45,221 bases of DNA, from the NCBI GenBank assembly GCA_046725795.1, contig JBKOZI010000020.1, positions 1 through 45,221 on the forward strand, written 5' to 3'. A program made the position numbers and the translations under genes. Numbering within the stretch: the stretch's first letter is position 1; every line of letters starts with the position of its first letter. Below, piece after piece: positions 43,388-45,221 of the stretch. Source of the stretch: Actinomycetota bacterium (GTDB lineage Bacteria > Actinomycetota > Thermoleophilia > Solirubrobacterales > JBBDJG01). The notes under the pieces were generated by a model, which saw nothing but the letters and a program-made list of their open reading frames with translations, was not told the DNA's origin and did not search any database.

Positions 43388-45221
43388 TCACCGCCTTCTC
43401 CCGTGCTTGCGCCGGCCGCGCTGGCGCGCGCGCTTCTTGCGCTCGGCGCGCTCGGCTCTGACGGCTTCTACGGCACGCTTGCGCGCCTCCGGGTCAGCCT
43501 CGCGCGCTCCTCCCGGAACGGTCGCGGGCTCGTCCGCTGCCGGAGTCTCGGCCTCGAGCTCCTCGAGCTCGCCGTCGTATTCGCCGTCCCCGTCAGGCAC
43601 CTGCTCGGGCTCGGCCGCCCTGCGCCGCCCGTCACGGCCACCCGTCTCGACGGTCGCCGCTGCCGTGACCGGTTCGGGCGCCTCCTTGGCCGGTCCTGCG
43701 GTCGTGGGCACGCCTTCGCGCGTCAAGACCGCGTACGCGGGCACGAATCCGAATTGCTCGAGGATCCGATGCCGGCGCTGGACATAGCCTGCCTCCCGTT
43801 CCTTCCATTCGGTCAGCACCGGGCTCGCTATGAAGATCGAAGAGTAGGTACCGGAAGCGATTCCGACGAGCAGCGCGAATGCGAAGTCCTTGAGCGTGTC
43901 ACCGCCGAATATGAGCAGTGCCGTGATCGGCAGCAGCTCGCAGAACGACGTCGCGAGCGAACGGGTCAGCACCTCGCTCATCGAGCGGTTGACGATCTGA
44001 GAGAAAGCAGCCCGCGGCATGCGTGGCGCGTTCTCGCGTATTCGGTCGAACACGATCACGGTGTCATAGAGCGAGAATCCGAGAATCGTCAGCAGGGCGG
44101 CGACGGTGGATGTCGTCACCTCCCGGCCGACCAGCGCATATACGCCGGCCGTGATCAGGAGGTCGTGGAAGAGCGCGATCAGCACCGGCACGGCGAACTT
44201 CGGCTCGAACCTGAACGCGACGTAGGCCATGATCAGGAGTAGCGAGGCGATGATCGCGATCACGGCGCTGCGCGCGACGGTCTTGCCGAACGTGGGCCCG
44301 ACGCTCTCGCTCGAAAAGCCCTCCGCCTTCACGCCGAACTTGGACCTCAGGGTGTTCTCGAGCCGCTGCACTCCGCCCGGCCCCAGCTCCTCGGTCGAGA
44401 CCTGAACCGCATTCGGCCCGAGCTCCTTGTTCTTTACCGCCTGGATCTTCGCGTCGGCGAGACCGAGCGGCGTGACCGCCGTTCGCACCTCCTCGACGCT
44501 CGCGGGCTTTTGGAGCGCAGCGGTAACCCGCGTGCCGCTCTCGAAGTCGATGCCGAAGTTGAGGCCCTTCGTTGCAACCGCGAGCGAACCGATCGTGAGG
44601 ATCACGCCAGACATCGCGAAGAAGTAGCGGCTCTTCCCCATGAAGTCGAAGTTCCACCGCAGATGGCGTTCGGTCGCACCGAGCATCGCCGGGCTCCGCA
44701 GCAGGCGCGAGCGACCCATGCTGGCCAGGACTGCCTGGGTGAAGAGCACGGCCGTGAAGAGCGAGACCAGCGTGCCGACGCCGAGCGTGAAGGCGAAGCC
44801 CTTGACGCCCGCTGTCGCCAGCACGAACAGGATGAACGCGGTGATCAGCGTCACGACGTTCGCGTCGATGATCGTCGCGATTCCGCGCGTGTAACCGGTC
44901 GCGATCGACGACATCGCAGAGCGCCCGGCGCGTAACTCTTCCTTGATGCGCTCGAAGATCACGATGTTCGTATCCGCCGCGACTCCGATCGTCAGGATCA
45001 GTCCGGCGATGCCAGGCAGCGTCAGCGTGATCGGGATCAGCTTGATGAGGCCGAAGAAGAGAATCGCGTACGTGAAGAGTGCGACGCCCGCGATCAGGCC
45101 GAGCAGCCGGTAGTAAAGGAGCAGGAAGATCAGCACGAGCGCGAAGCCGACCGTGCCGGCGAGAAGACCCTCGCGCAGGGCCTGCTTTCCGAGCGATGCC
45201 GACACCTGCACCTCGCTGATC
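43388..45221 (-). CDS. secDF: Fused protein-export membrane protein SecDF. The 5' end lies beyond the window edge.
   Basis: A SecD C-terminal TM bundle (GIAGLILTIGVAADTNIVIFERIKEE) runs without a stop into SecF (FDFMGKSRYFF...GIDFESGT...LYDTVIVFDRIRE). A charged tail of about 107 aa follows. Confidence 0.92.
   Translation of the reverse strand, partial: ISEVQVSASLGKQALREGLLAGTVGFALVLIFLLLYYRLLGLIAGVALFTYAILFFGLIKLIPITLTLPGIAGLILTIGVAADTNIVIFERIKEELRAGRSAMSSIATGYTRGIATIIDANVVTLITAFILFVLATAGVKGFAFTLGVGTLVSLFTAVLFTQAVLASMGRSRLLRSPAMLGATERHLRWNFDFMGKSRYFFAMSGVILTIGSLAVATKGLNFGIDFESGTRVTAALQKPASVEEVRTAVTPLGLADAKIQAVKNKELGPNAVQVSTEELGPGGVQRLENTLRSKFGVKAEGFSSESVGPTFGKTVARSAVIAIIASLLLIMAYVAFRFEPKFAVPVLIALFHDLLITAGVYALVGREVTTSTVAALLTILGFSLYDTVIVFDRIRENAPRMPRAAFSQIVNRSMSEVLTRSLATSFCELLPITALLIFGGDTLKDFAFALLVGIASGTYSSIFIASPVLTEWKEREAGYVQRRHRILEQFGFVPAYAVLTREGVPTTAGPAKEAPEPVTAAATVETGGRDGRRRAAEPEQVPDGDGEYDGELEELEAETPAADEPATVPGGAREADPEARKRAVEAVRAERAERKKRARQRGRRKHGRRR

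Overview
This is a 45.2-kb, high-GC contig, about 65-73% GC in spot counts over core genes. Gene content and order look Actinomycetota-like and possibly deep-branching. The Actinomycetota-type marker is the mihF-gmk-rpoZ-coaBC block. Several traits are more Bacillus-like: pyrK/pyrD class 1B, a fused secDF followed by recJ and rel, and a terminator-type SAM-I riboswitch. Positions 1-34 are an Illumina Nextera adapter, not biology.

Most of the window is tightly packed core genome, mainly on the minus strand:
- infB (5' part), nusA and rimP.
- dtd, a TPR protein, coaBC, rpoZ, gmk and mihF.
- An eight-gene pyrimidine operon, pyrR-pyrB-pyrC-(isochorismatase-like hydrolase)-carA-carB-pyrK-pyrD. Most junctions are 4-nt NTGA start/stop overlaps, and a PyrR-binding RNA motif lies over the pyrR Shine-Dalgarno sequence.
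- rnz.
- An NHEJ locus, tlpA-like / ligD(PE+ligase) / ku / ligD-polymerase.
- corA.
- A SAM-I riboswitch driving a ThrC-paralog plus a MoaD/ThiS-like carrier.
- HIT, phosphohexomutase, MBL hydrolase and DAG-kinase-like genes.
- rel, recJ, a yeaQ-like gene and secDF (truncated at the right edge).

The one clearly accessory stretch is about 16.6-23.8 kb. GC there is lower, 57-63% in spot counts, and genes alternate in orientation. It carries three sulfotransferases, three SAM methyltransferases, a secreted Asp-box/beta-propeller-like protein and an orphan wHTH protein, arranged around a tRNA-Arg(CCG). No integrase, glycosyltransferase or transporter is present.

The two most interesting items are this sulfation/methylation island and the riboswitch-controlled ThrC-like/sulfur-carrier pair, a predicted thiocarboxylate-dependent homocysteine route. 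I saw no CRISPR array, rRNA, transposase or recognisable defence system. All homology calls rest on motifs recognised by eye, and no database search was run.
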